Positions 1 to 33,716 of a DNA stretch of 64,000 nucleotides are shown here, in pieces. The stretch is from NCBI GenBank assembly GCA_033442325.1, contig JAWQFM010000010.1, positions 1,003,727-1,067,726 on the forward strand. Reading direction: 5' to 3'. The notes under the pieces are model-generated. The model did no database searches. It was given only the letters and a program-made list of their open reading frames with translations, and was not told the DNA's origin. The stretch is from Salpingoeca rosetta. Lineage: Eukaryota > Protista > Choanoflagellata. The translations under genes and the position numbers were made by a program. Positions within the stretch are counted from its first letter, which is position 1; the number at the start of each line of letters is the position of its first letter.

Positions 1-837
1 TCACTATCAGGCAAAAGGTTTGTCGATGCATGACACTACGTGAATGAGAGATGAAGGAAAACATATTTGTATGTGAATGTGCAAGTGTACGCACATGTGC
101 CAGTGTATGAATATACGGGCTCCTCCATGTGTGTATGTGCATGTGTGCATGTGTGTGTGTGTGCATGTGTGCGTGTGTGCGATACCATGCGCGCGCTGCA
201 TCTCCGTCTCTGCGCAATACGTAGCACTCACGTGGCCGTATGAACACCGTGTGCTGTCGCCATCACAGCCGGAGGAGGATACGCCCCTGCTGCACTGACG
301 CCGCAACACGGCGCACCGCCTGCAGCTCATCCGTTTTCCGCACCTTCCCTCTTGTCGTTGTCCCCGCTTCATTTTCGCTTTTTCACCCTTCTCTCCCCCA
401 ATGTTCATACCCTCTTTCGATGTCAACCCCAGCTTGCCTCGACTTGCTCATCCTTATCTTGGCGCATGATTGTTCAGAAAGCCCCACACGTTTACTTTTC
501 CCTCAAACACTCAGCAGACACACAGCAAACACACAGACACACATTACACGCACGCACGTAAGCACAACCAATCACAAGCAAGCAATGACGCCACGGCTGT
601 TTGATTTCCTTCACGTGTGCCATTGCATTGTTATTCCCTCGCATAAACACACCCGCACGCTTGCATGTGCGCGTGTGCTCACAGATCCGCGGCCACATCC
701 ATTCCAGGTGCACCCGTTGTTGCTTCCCGCTGTTGCATGCGAGCCATCAACCCACACACAACACGTGAGCGTCAGTGCAGACGAATGCGATGGACAGCTG
801 TAAACAGAAACTGTTGCAACCGGGCACGCATGGATTT

Positions 838-857
838 CACACACACACACACACACG

Positions 858-951
<94 letters not shown>

Positions 952-975
952 CTCTCTCTCTCTCTCTCTCTCTCT
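838..975. repeat. (CA)n-(CT)n compound microsatellite, representative of dozens of CA/GT, TCAC and CACG tracts in introns and UTRs
   Basis: Direct reading; similar long tracts at ~4960-5058, 8337-8454, 12928-13170, 14910-14986, 26160-26243, 31086-31190, 54545-54700 and 58029-58116. Confidence 0.97.
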
Positions 976-1029
976 AAACACACACACACACACATACACA
1001 CGAACAAACACGTGATCATGTAGACACAC

Positions 1030-9122
<8,093 letters not shown>

Positions 9123-9754
9123 GCTGGATGCTTGGTCCGTGGTTGATGGCGGGTGGCTGGTGCAGTGGTGGTGGGTTGGTCAGTCAGTGTGGTGATGAGC
9201 GAATGGATTGCGCGCTTCTTTTCTTGTTCTTGTTGTTGTGTGTTGTTTCGTGCTTTTGTGTGTTTGTTTGGTTGCTTGCTTGGTTTGGTTGGTTGGTTTG
9301 GTTGGTTGGTTTGGTTGGTTGGTTGCACAGCAAAGCGATGAAGCTGGTGCATGCGGAGGAGGGGATGGGACATGAAGACAACCACGCGGCCGGCACACAC
9401 GCTGCCTCCTCACAAAGGGAGAGAGAACGGCAGAGGGGAGGGAGAGAGGGGTCGGAGAACATATGCACGCTTCAAAACCAGACTCTCACGAAAACACAGA
9501 CGCAATGCCCATCTCCTTCTCTCCCGCAGACACACACAGACACGCACGCACAGACACAGACACAGACACAGACACAGACACAGACACAGACACAGACACA
9601 GACAGACAGACACAGACACAGACAGACAGACACACAATTTCACACACACACACATTCTCTCTCTCACTCTCACACACACACATAACACACATAACACACA
9701 TGTTCTCTCCCCCACCGCTCACACAGTCACACACTCTCCCCCACCCCTCACACG

Positions 9755-9795
<41 letters not shown>

Positions 9796-9799
9796 GCTC

Positions 9800-10885
9800 T
9801 CAGTAGTAGTATACGCCATATGCAGCCACAACACAGAACAAGGAATCCTGCAAGCACACCAAACACAGACACACAAAATGTGGCGTGAGAACTACAGGGG
9901 GGAACACATCTGCTTCGACATGCACGACCACTTCTCCCACTCCCTTGGCCCTGCGTCGAGCAGACTTTCACACAAACACGCAAGCCCCGCTGGCACTGGC
10001 GCAGCAAGACACCAAGTATCATCAGCAGCACAGCCCAAGGCGGAACTCACATTGACGTAGACATCTTGTGCCAAGTTATCTGTGTCAGAGTCCCACAAAC
10101 ACCTCGCGCCAACCTTGACGCCCTCCCCGCGCTGCTCCCCAATGGTCCCTTGCACAACAAACTTGTACCGTGGCAGTTTCAACTCTGTGCGTCAAGATGA
10201 ATGCAGGGGAGCAACAGCAGCAACAGCAGAGAGCAACATCAGCGGGCGATAGAGCGGAACAGAGCAGAGCTTTTGGGTGTGCTGGTGTGTCGATGCACAA
10301 GCACAGAGAGAGAGAGAGAGAGACAGACACACAGACAGACAGACAGAGAGACAGACAGACAGAGAGACGCACGCACACACAGACATACAGACACACGCAC
10401 ACACGCACACACGCACACACACACACCTTTGAGCTTTTGTTTGACTTCGTCGCAGATTTCCTGTGTCCATTGCAGTGCCGCTTCACTGTCGTATGTCTTG
10501 TCGCCGAGGTAAGACTGCAGCACATCGTGGATGATCTGTTGTACTACCGAGGGCCGAAACCTGCCAGCGGACAATGCGTTGCAAGCAATAACAAGCAACG
10601 AAACAGGCGGTTGAGGGAGTGAGCCATCAAACGCTGTGGCCGCCGCCGCCGCCGCTGCCGCCGCTGTTGTTGTTGCTGTTGGACAGCGCAACGGATAGGC
10701 GAGGTGGATGGTTGGATAGGCGACTAGCAGGGCAAGGGAAGGGAGGATGGGGAGGATGCATACATCGCACACATACACACACATCGCACACACACACACA
10801 CACATCGCGCGCACACACACACACACACTGACTTCTCCTGGAAGTTCGGCCGGATCACAAACGTGTTCTCCGAATAGTCGTCCAT
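9800..10885 (-). CDS. TCTEX1D2: Tctex1-domain dynein light chain (TCTEX1D2/DYNLT2B-like), 4 exons
   Basis: Spliced: MDDYSENTFVIRPNFQEK|FRPSVVQQIIHDVLQSYLGDKTYDSEAALQWTQEICDEVKQKLK|ELKLPRYKFVVQGTIGEQRGEGVKVGARCLWDSDTDNLAQDVYVN|DSLFCVVAAYGVYYY*. This is the Tctex1 signature (RYK.VV...IGE..G.G......RC.WD..TD; C-terminal YYY). Confidence 0.93.
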
Positions 10886-11264
10886 CTTGAGTGTACTGCT
10901 CCTTTGTACGTACGTAAGTACGTGCGCGCGCGGGTGCGGGTGTGTCTCAGGATTCAAGGAAGGCCAACAGAATCCCAGCGCATGTGTGTGGCGGGTGCTG
11001 ATCGCAGCAAAGCAGTAAAGCAGTGTCCGTTGCCGTGTTTGTTTGCCTTGCTTCCTGGCTGTATCCAAGCACAAGAGCAAGAAGAAGAGAAAGAGAAGAA
11101 AGCGTTATTGGCGTTTTTTTGGCTGCTGCTGTGAATGCACGGCCGCCGGCAACAACAAAGACAACCCTCCCTGCTCACACACACGCACACAGTCGGTTCA
11201 CAGTACACGTCCACAACACACGTCCACAGACACACGTCCACACACGCGCGCGCGCTGGGAAGCA
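10886..11264. promoter_or_regulatory. Short divergent (probably bidirectional) promoter between TCTEX1D2 and GALNT
   Basis: Head-to-head ATGs ~380 bp apart; inferred from gene geometry only. Confidence 0.5.
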
Positions 11265-14179
11265 ATGCTGCAGCGGCCCGGGCACGCCGTGCAGGTGCGG
11301 TGGCGGCCCGTGCTTGTGCTGGCGGCAATCTTGATGATCGGGTATGTGCTGCTGAGCGACGTTGTGCTGGTGTCACGGCACGATGGCCACGACCACGAGG
11401 GCCCAATCAACCTCAAGTCCAAGCGCGAGCTGGAGCACGACCACCCCGAGTTTGGCGCCAACGGCCTGCGGTCCGGTGACGGCGGTGACGCCGCCAACGT
11501 CGAGATGGCAGGCGGCCTGAGCGCACTGGACCAGAAGGAGAGGGAGCGGCAGCAGCAGCAGGTCATACAGCTCATTGCGCAGGTGGAGGACGAGACGCAG
11601 CAGGCGCGCAACCAGCTCGCGGCCATCTTGCAGCAGATTGATGAGAAGTCCAACGAGAAGGACGCCCTGGCCAAGGAGGTTCGCAACCTTCAGGCCAACC
11701 TCGATATCGAGACCCAGGCACTGGAAACCCAGGCCAAGAAGATCAAGGACCTCGGCGGTGAAGACGTGCTTGCCTTCATGGACAAGTCTGACGGTGCCGC
11801 AGCAAAGCGGAAGCGCCATCGCAAGCGCGACGCTGACGTGCCCGGTAAGCTGCAGCAGGCGCTGGGCAAGTCCAAACAGGGCAGCAACAGCAATGACGCT
11901 GGCGGGCCCGATGACAAGGAGCTCTCGCCAGAGCAGGTGCGCAAATTGGAGGAGGAAAGCATGAAGAAGAACGCCTTCAACGAATACCGAAGCAGCAAGC
12001 TCTCTCTCCACCGCGATATTCCAGACTCACGCAACCCTCTCTGTCGTCAACAAGAGCATCCAAGGGACCTTCCACAGGCAACCGTCATCATTTGCTTCGT
12101 CAACGAGGTGTGTGTGCGTGTGTGTGTGTGTGTGTATGTGTGTATGTGTGTGTGTGTGGTACTTGTTGCTGGTGCAAGCTCAGGACGAGTGTCACCAACG
12201 TACAGTACAGTCCATCTTGTGAACCGGTGCACTGATTTGCTCACGCACGTATCATCAACTCACACGCCCACATTAACGTTGTGTTCGCGCATGATTGTTC
12301 CGCGTGTAGGCATGGTCAACGCTGCTGCGAACAGTGTGGTCTGTCCTTGACCGCACACCGCCGCACCTCTTGAAGGAGATTCTCCTCGTTGATGATGCCA
12401 GCGACCAGGAGCACTTGCTTGATAAGCTCGAAGTTGAAGTCCGCGACAACCTCCCAGACAAGGTCTGCAATGTGCACACACAGACACACACACACTCACT
12501 CACTCACAGACACACACACACACACTCTCTCTCTCTTTTTCTCAGCTCATTCGTGCACACACACACACACACACAATCTCTCTTGCCCTCATCCACACAT
12601 GCGCACACGCATGCATGCATACCCGGCTGCTTCCCACCTGCAGGTGAAGCTGGTGCGGTCGCCGAAGCGGCTCGGTCTCATCCGCGCGCGCGTGCTGGGC
12701 GCCGAACACGCCACTGCCGACTATATGGTGTTCCTGGACAGCCACTGCGAGGCAAACCTGGGCTGGCTGGAGCCCCTGCTGGCGTGGATGGCCAAGGACA
12801 AGACACGTGTCGTCTGCCCAACCATCGACCGTATCAGGTGTGCACTCTCATACACAACAATGCGCACTTCTACAATGCAGGCGCGTATTTGTCCTCCAAA
12901 CAATGCCACGCCACATGTTCACACCTTCACACACACACACACACACTCACTCACTCACTCACTCACTCACTCGCTCACACACTCACTCACTCACTCACTC
13001 ACACACACACTCATACACTCATACACTCACTCACTCACTCACTCACTCACACACTCACTCACACACTCACTCACTCACTCACTCACTCACTCACTCACTC
13101 ACACACTCACTCACACACTCACTCACTCACTTACCTACTCTCTCACTCACTTACCTACTCTCTCACTCACATGCACGCCCCTTGTACCCACAACTCCATG
13201 TACGCGGCCGCCGTTGCTGCTGCCCACCAGTGCGCAGACGATGGATTATGTCGGTGGTGGTGCGAGCTCGCGCGGAACGTTTCACTGGACCCTCGACTTC
13301 ACGTGGGAATACGCAGTCAGGCAACACGGCGAGACGCCAGCAGACCCAATTAAGTGCGTTGCGCTTGTTGCGGTTGTCCTTTGGTGGAGGGGTGGAGGGG
13401 GTGTCTTGGTGTGGTGCTGCCATGTGTTGCTGCTGCTGGTTGGGGGGGGGGGCGTGCACTCAAGACGCATACATACCCATCACCATCCCAAAGCTCATCC
13501 GCACTCCATCGCTCCTCCTTCACACCTAACCAATCCACCAATGCAACCAACCAAACACACAAACAAACCAACCAACCAACCAATCAACCAACCAAACACA
13601 CAACCAACCAAACAAACAAACAACCAACCAACAAACAAACAAACAACCAACCTACCAACCAACCAAACAAACAAACAAACAACCAACCAACCAACCAACC
13701 AACCAACCAACCAAACACAAACAAACGACCACCCTGTCCCATCCATTCGCCAATGCATTCAGGTCACCGACGATGGCCGGCGGGCTGTTTGGCATCAACC
13801 GCGACTACTTCTACGAGCTGGGCACCTACGATATGGGCATGGACGGGTAGGGTGCTCGTTGCTTGCATGCACGCTCGTTTGAGATTGTTCTGGAGCATGT
13901 ACGTCACAGATGCAAGCCACCGACACTCACGTGTGTCTGAATTGTTCTGTGTGGACTGCGTGGTGTGCGTGCGTGCGTGTGTATGCTATGTGTATGTGTT
14001 TGTGGACTGCGCTGTTCATGTGTGTGTGTGTGCGCGCGCGTATGTGTTTGTGCAGGTGGGGTGGAGAAAACCTTGAGATGTCGTTCCGCATCTGGCAGTG
14101 CGGCGGGAGTCTCCACATCATCCCCTGCTCCCGCGTCGGCCACATCTTCAGAGACTGGCACCCATACGCCATCCCAAAC

Positions 14180-14235
<56 letters not shown>

Positions 14236-14908
14236 ATATGGACACGCGCTCATGATAGGCGCGACATTTGAAGTGCACTTCAGCAGCGCGACGTGTCGTG
14301 CGTATTGATGGGTGAATTTAACCTGCCGGACTCACGCTTCCATGAGCAATGTGTATGCGTGCGTGTGTATGTGTGTGTATGTGTGTGTATGTGTGCCTCT
14401 GTGTGTGATGTGATGCACCATTAGCACGGTGAACGAGACGTTTCTGAAGAATTCCATCCGCCTTGCCGAAGTGTGGATGGACGAATACAAAGACATTTTC
14501 TACGATATCAAGCCCTCCGCGCGCTCGGTACTCGTTCCTCCCATTTGTGCTTACGAGTGTGTGGTTGTTCAAATGCATGTGTGTGTGTGTTTCATTCTGC
14601 TTCACCTTGCATTTCCTGTTGTCAATACGCCCCTGCCCGGTTCCTGCCGTGCTGCCGCTGCGCTCAGTGCTCGCCCCAGCACCACCAATCATCCTCTCAC
14701 CTCACCTCTCTCGCTCTCTCTTTCTCCCCCCTCTCTGTCTCTCTCGCACACACACATATACACATACACACACACATATTTGCGCCAGGTTGACTTTGGA
14801 GACGTGAGCGAACGCAAGGCTCTGCGTGAAAAGCTTGGTGCGCGTCATCATGATGGTCTTGCGTGGGTGTTGTTTGTACAACACGGCTGCGATGCAGACG
14901 ATAACCTC

Positions 14909-14988
<80 letters not shown>

Positions 14989-15578
14989 CACGCACGCAGC
15001 ACTGACTTTTGCTCACATCCACCATGTATTTCGCCATCTGTTGCAGGCTGCAAGTCCTTCAAGTGGTACCTTGACAACGTTGTGCCCGGCAAGCTCATTC
15101 CAAACAGCGTAAGAAGCGCATGTTGGTATTTGAATGACCTGTGTCTGCATGTGTAGGTGTATCTTGGGTCTCAGAGGGACTGCAGTGCATGCCTTCAGCA
15201 TGTTCAAATAAATTTAACTGAAGCATGTGCGTCCACACACACACTCACACACGCACTCGCACACACTCACACACGCACTCGCACACACTCTCGCACACAT
15301 TCACACTTGTTCACGATTGCACAGGATGTGGTGCTGCATAAGGGTCAGGTTCGCAATTCGCTCAACATCTGCATGGACAAAGGCGCTGGCTCGCTGGCGT
15401 ACCCGTGCCACACCCCGGGCGTTCATTCCACCAGCCAGGTGCGCAGAGATTACGCGGAGAGGAGGGAACTTAAGTTGAGGGGCGAAGACGGGATGTGAAT
15501 GAATGCAGTGCGCAGGTGTTGTTGTCGCAACAGCGCAAGCGCATACTCTCTTGTCACACTCATACTCGCACGCGTGCC

Positions 15579-15661
<83 letters not shown>

Positions 15662-15916
15662 CAAATCAGGCGTTTTGGCTGACAGTGTACAAGGAGGTGC
15701 GGCACGTGTGGGACCTGTGCCTGACGTCACACGACAACAAGCGCGTGATGCTGAGCACGTGTGGACCAAACAGCCGAAAGTGGGAGTACGACCACGCTGC
15801 GCGCACACTCAAATTTGGCGGCAAGTGTCTCTCTGGGACGGCCTCTGCCATGACGCTGGAGCCCTGTGACGGCTCGGCGGCACAGCAGTTCCAGTTCACA
15901 GACAAGATGACTGCAT

Positions 15917-15918
<2 letters not shown>
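11265..15918 (+). CDS. GALNT: Polypeptide N-acetylgalactosaminyltransferase (GT27): type II TM, coiled-coil stem, GT-A domain, ricin-B lectin; multi-exon
   Basis: N-terminal TM ([15 protein letters not shown]), [73 protein letters not shown] (DxH), [39 protein letters not shown]-terminal ricin-type repeats; stop TAG at 15916-15918. Confidence 0.95.
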
Positions 15919-15956
<38 letters not shown>

Positions 15957-16902
15957 TGTCTGTCTGTCTGTGTGTGTGTGTCTGTGTGCCCCTTGTCTGC
16001 ATGTGTCTTCACTGTGTAGGTCAGCAACGAATTGGCAGTTGTTACATTTTACATTCCACAACACGCAATCGTCGTCTTCTTCCCCGCCCCCTCCGGCCGT
16101 TGCCCTGCTTTGCTGCCCCCCCCCCCCTTTGGTTGTTGTGCTTGCTCTTGAAACAACTGAAGGGTTTATTGAAACCGCAAACGAACAAACAAAGCGAAAC
16201 AAACATAAAGGGGCAAGAAAGAAACAAGTCACTTTGCAGCGTCAATAAGAAGCAATCAAGCAAAAACACAAACCCAACAACACACCGTTGGAAAGGAAAC
16301 AGTAGCACACGCCAAAAGAGTAAAACAGACCCGGGGTGCACGACCAGCCAGGCAAAGAACTCGCGCGTACTTGCGCAAATCAGCGGAGGGGGGGGGGGGG
16401 AAGAAAGAAGAAGGAAGAAAGAAAAATGAAACAAAAGAGCGGGCATGAATGATTGCCTCCCTTGTCGCGCACATGTGCAGAGACACAAGGACGGCTGCGA
16501 GGAAAACACAAGGGGCAGTAGCAATGGGACCATTGAAAACGGCGTTACATTACAAAAATCACAGCAAACAGACGCTGCTTTCACAAGCAGGGCTTCGATA
16601 CCGACAAGAGAAACAAAGATGGGCTATGACGCAAAAATTGAATTCACGGACACACAACACTGACACAAGAGAGGGGAACGCGTGCGCACGCACGCACGCA
16701 CGCACGCACACACAACACAACACAAAGGGATGCGGTTACACAACCGACACAATCAACACAATCGAGTTGCGTCATGTCACATCACATCACATCACATCAA
16801 CCACAACACGGCACCGGGCGTGCGAAAAGCGCACAACTTGAGAAGAATTGCCCATACACGGGTATGGGGAGAGGCGGTGCCTTCCAGTGTGGAACAGCCA
16901 TG

Positions 16903-19414
16903 TTACTGCTGCTGTTGTGGCTGCGGCTGCTGCTGCTGTTGCTCTTGTTGCTGCTGAGGTTGCTGTTGTGGCTGCTGTTGCTGCGGCTGCTGCATCTGCT
17001 GGTGTGCGCTGCTGACGGGCGGGTTGTGGACCATGGCGTACTGGTGCTGCTGGTGCTGCTGCATCTGTTGCTGGTGCATTTGCTGCTGGTGCTGCTGCTG
17101 CATCTGCTGGTGCTGTGGGTGCTGCTGGTGGTGGTGCGGCATCTGCATGTGCGGGTGCCCCTGGAACTGGCCCTGCTGCCCTTGCTGGCCCTGCTGCTGG
17201 CCCTGCTGCGGCTGGCCCTGCCCCTGCTGTGGGTGCTGTGGCGGCGGGTGCTGCGGGTGCTGCGGGTGGTGGCCCTGCTGGTGCGGCTGCGGGTGCTGGA
17301 GGTGGGCCATGGACATGGGCGGCATGTGGTGCATGCCGGGCATCTGCTGCATGTGGATGGGCTGCGGGATGCCCTGGTGCAGGTTGGGCATGGTGACCAT
17401 GTTCATCATCTTGGCGGCCTTGGCCGGGTTCTCGTCCGGCATTGGGTGGCCCATGGCCTTCATCGCAGGAAGGTGCTGCGGCATGGACACGGGCACGGGG
17501 TGGTGCGGGTGCTGGTGCGGGTGCGGGTGTGGGTGGGCGTGCGGGTGCTGGGCGCGGTCCTGGTCGTCAACAACAACACCGACGTACTGCTGCTCCGGCG
17601 GGCCGTGGGAGCCGTCCGTGGTGGCGGCGCTGATGGGCTGGTCGTGCGTGCCAACCTGCGAGGCGAGCGGCTCAGAGAGGGACGCGTGCGGCTCAAGGGG
17701 CTCGTTGGGGACGGTGAAGATGCACTTCTGGCACAGCTTGAGGTTCTTCTTGGCCTTGTTGATGCGGTCCTTGATCTGACGGTCCGTCTTGAAGCTCTTG
17801 TGCCACTGCACCAGCGACTGGCGCACGCGGTGCCACGTCACAGCCTCCTTCGTGCCCGTCTTCTCAATCGAGTCCGTGATGCTCTTGTCGTTCGTCACAT
17901 CGAGGTCTGACACACACACGCACACGCGCGCGCGCACACACACACACACAGCAACAGGGTGGGCGGTGAAGTGTCATCGCACACGTGGTGAGCTTGATTG
18001 AGCGCAGGACGACACAATGCTTGGGCGGAGGAACAAACAAACAAACAAACAAACAAGAAGAGCGGTGTGCAAAGTGGAACAAGCAGCAGACGTGCAAGTT
18101 GCTGGGTGCGGCTGACTCAACGGATGGATGCGATTGATTGGCTCTCACCTTGGGGGAGCACGGTGCCGTCCTCGCAGTGGAAGGCGATGGCCTGGCCATG
18201 GGCCGTGGGGACGCAGCAGTTGAAGGCAAAGGTGTGCACCTGGTTGCCGAGGCGCAAGCCAATAAAGGCCTGGTAGTCGTTCACCTCGCACTCGCGACGA
18301 ATCTGCAACAGGCGTTAAGATGGAATAAAGGAAGAAAGGAAGAAAGGAAGAGGAAAGAATTGGTGAGGGAGGGATGCAGCAGCAGGAGGGGAGAAGGAGG
18401 AGATAGGCAGAGGACGGGCGCGCGACTACGCAATAAGGGGCAGGCGCAGGGCTCCAATGACACGTGGCACACGGGCAATGACGTACGTCGCTGAGGAGAC
18501 GGCGGATGCGGCGGTTGGCGTTGTAGCGGGCTTGGGCATGGCTTCCACCAGCCATGCGGCTGTGGGAAGCAGCCGATGGGTTGTTCTTGGTGCAGTCGCG
18601 GCAGAGGCCGGCCTTCATGGCTTGCTGCCACGTGCGCTTGCCGCACGAGAAGCACTTGGCAATGCCTGCACATGGTGCACATGCAACGGAGCGACATCAT
18701 GAAATGAGCTTTGTAGCTTGGGAAAACGATTGCACATCTTGGCCATACACATACATCATTCGAAGAGGGATGGAGCGCCCAACGCAGACCAGGACGCGAA
18801 GCAAGCACAGCTACAACGGTGCACACCACACACACTCTCTCTGAACAGCCACAGCCACCCACCCACACCTACCCACATACACACACAGAAGCACGTACTT
18901 GCAGCACGGAGACAGGGGCGACACTCCGTGTCACCACAGGGAAGGGGCATGTCCGTGTGGGCGAGCAGCTGCTGCTGGTAAGCGCTGTCGTTGAGCTTCT
19001 TGATGCCCCGGCACTTGCCGCTGGCGCCAGCAATCTGGCGAGCGCGTTCCATCGTGCGAACTGACAACAGAAGCGGGGGGGGGAAGGAACAAAAAGACAT
19101 TGAACATGTCAGAAGCATAAGACACGCACAGAAGGGCCACGTGAGACCAGAAAAGCGTGCATATATCTACATGTGTGTGTGTTACTTCACACGCGCTTCC
19201 TCACACCTCACGCCTCACACCCACACAGGCAATGCCGTTACTATTTCGACACAAACATTTGCATGTTGACCGTTGCACACACACACACACACGCACACGC
19301 ACACAAAGAAAGCGTACCTGCGACGGAGGGGTGATCGCCGCTGTTCTCATCGTTGCCGGTGGTCTCGTCAATGTAGACGAAGGCGTTCAAGGTGCGTTGA
19401 GGGTTGCGAGACAT
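16903..19414 (-). CDS. Uncharacterised 5-exon protein with Cys clusters, a basic helix and a Gln/His/Pro-rich C-terminus (possible transcription regulator)
   Basis: Five exons join in phase through canonical GT-AG introns: MSRNPQRTLNAFVYIDETTGNDENSGDHPSVA|VRTMERARQ...CGDTECRPCLRAA|SIAKCFSCGKRTWQQAMKAGLCRDC...RRIRRLLSD|IRRECEVNDYQAFIGLRLG...|DLDVTND...poly-Q. Codon usage (C/G third positions) matches neighbouring genes. Confidence 0.75.
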
Positions 19415-20061
19415 GGTTGGTTGCTTGGCTGATTGGAGTGTTTTGGAGTGTTGGCGATGGCGGGGTGCAGGAGGGTGAGCAGTGATGTCTTGATTTGGGT
19501 GACAGACGTGGGGAGCTGTGGTTGGTGGCGCTGTTTTGCCTTTTTGCGCGGCTGTTCTCGTTGATGCTATCCAACAAGAAAAATATGAACAACGGCCGAG
19601 GGAGAATGGGTGGCGGCGAAGAAACGGAGGCAACAAGAAGCAACAAGAAGCAAGCAAGCGCAAAGCGAAAGCGAAGCGAAGACGGCTGGCGAAAAAGCGC
19701 ACGGAAGAGAGTTGGAGGAAGACCAGGCGAAAAAAAGGCACAACCAAGCGCTGAGGCGAGCGGTTCAGGCGTGGTCTGGCGGTGGTGGGAGAAATATCGT
19801 GGCAACGCCACACAAAAATCGAATCCATGTGGAAAATCATATGAAGTCATAACAGAATCTGCGAACGTTCGCCGTTATCCGTGATATTTTTCGGGAGATA
19901 TGCCAGAACAATCTACATGCGACATGCGACATGCAAAAATATAGACCCACGTGGCGTGTGCTTGTGCTCCTCGCTTCTGTGCATGTGCTTCTCTCCTTAT
20001 TCATTTCTCCTCCCGATAGATATCACATCAGCAAGGTACGCTCCGTGTGCACCAGTGCCGC

Positions 20062-20101
<40 letters not shown>

Positions 20102-21356
20102 GTCTCTTGTCTTTCGTCTTGTGTTTCTTTCTGTTTGTTTGTTGGCGATGATGTATTCACTTCATTTGTACTCTGAGAATCGACCACGCGTGTATTGCCG
20201 CCGTTTTGGTGTGCTGCGCACCGGTCACTTTTCTCGTGATGAGACATCGTCTTTATTAGTCATAGTTACTCTGAAGCCAACGCTCTCTGTTGCACGTGTG
20301 TTGTGTTTACTTGTGTGTTCGTTGCGGTTCAGTGTGCGTTCGTGTGTGCGAACATGCTTCTCTCGTTGTCCATGACCCATCCTTGTGCAGGGCGCACATC
20401 ATCATGCATCTCTTCTCATCTCGCCGCTCTTGTGCTGTCACGACTGCTCCCCTGTCTCTTGTCGCAGGCCCCCCATCAACATGGACTTCAACAACCATGC
20501 TACACTCGGACCGTGACCACTGCCGCTGCACTGGCCTGTGCTGACAAGACAACGGCTTCCCGGGCCCTTGTACTCGCTTCCCTCTCTCTTCCTTTCCCTT
20601 GTCTCCTTATGATTCAACCTCGACCACACCCATGGTGATTGAGGCTTTATTTCCTTTCACTTCTCGCACTTCTCGTGAGCGTGCAACCCTTTTCCTATGT
20701 TTCGATCTTCCCTTCTCTGTGCTGTGATGTGTGTGTGTGATGTGTACGTGCAACACGGCTGGCGAATGATGTCTTTGTAGACTAGAGTCACTGAAAGCTT
20801 TGGTCAACGAACCACTGCATGACTGAGAATTTTTTGCTCAATCGCTGACGCCTCCGTGTTAACGCACATGCATAGTCACACACACTGCACGCACAATCAA
20901 TCCACACCTGTTGCTCGCTCGACTGCGCTGTGTGGATGCTTTTCCTGCGCTACACAACACATGGTGTTGGTGGCCCAATTTTAGTTATTGATGTGTGTTC
21001 GTGTGTGTCCTCTTTCGATTCAACGCGCATGCGTGCCCTTGTTGCCGTGCGCTATATCTTTCTTTAACCGTTGATTGAACAACGCTTTGTGACAGCGCGC
21101 GCGTGTGGTATTGAAACGTTTTTCCGTGGCACAATACACTATGTATGCCGACATGGCCGTTGTTTGCTGGTCTTTCAATCAAGTACACAAGCACAACATG
21201 ATTCAAATCATCATCAAAGACATGGCAAGAACTAACAGCATAGAGGAAGAATGTCTATTAACACAAATGCATGCACTGTTTGTGGAATGTGTACAGCAAA
21301 GCTTGTGGCAGGCCACCGTGAACAAAGACAGGGGAGTGTAGGTGGGTGTGTGTCAA

Positions 21357-33300
<11,944 letters not shown>

Positions 33301-33716
33301 GACAATAGCAGCTCACTGCGCAGAGTGCGTGTGTTCTTCTTCGCAAAACACGCGCTCATACATGCACCTTGAGCCTCTCAAGCTAGACAGGAAAGGAAGG
33401 CCCTTGGCTCGCTCGCTCGCTCGCTCGCTTGATGCCTCAAGACTGTGTTCCTCTTCCTCTTCTTCCTCTGCTTCGTTCGTGCTTGCCTGGTCTCGTCCGT
33501 TTTCTGTGAAATTTGCAAATTGCACCGCAACGGCTGCGTGTGGATGCAATTTGCAACTGCAGTGTGCGATCGTTTGTGTCTCTCTCCACTCTCTCTCTCT
33601 CTCTCATCTGCTTGTTCTGTTGTTCCAGTGCCCCCACTCATCCCCTCTCTCACATCGCATCACATCACATCCACCCTCGGTTCACCCTCGGTTCACTCCA
33701 GCAACAACAGCCAAGC
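33301..33716. promoter_or_regulatory. Short divergent (probably bidirectional) promoter between FLII and ALYREF
   Basis: Head-to-head ATGs ~416 bp apart; inferred from gene geometry only. Confidence 0.5.

Noticed and set aside
7-800. Possible extra gene or terminal CAND1 exon at the window start
   Set aside because: No convincing frame or homology; two alternative acceptors near 790-810 could end CAND1 but cannot be distinguished without cDNA.
17024-17779. Cys/Trp/Gly-rich 251-aa ORF (metallothionein- or keratin-associated-like) and overlapping Leu-rich 378-aa ORF on +
   Set aside because: Antisense shadows of the CAG/CAC/CCG-rich last exon of the minus-strand Gln-rich gene.
19860-21340. 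AT-richer stretch with a (CAT)n tract and short ORFs; considered as a transposon or ncRNA
   Set aside because: No terminal repeats, transposase/RT motifs or structured RNA signature; consistent with the FLII 3' UTR plus intergenic DNA.
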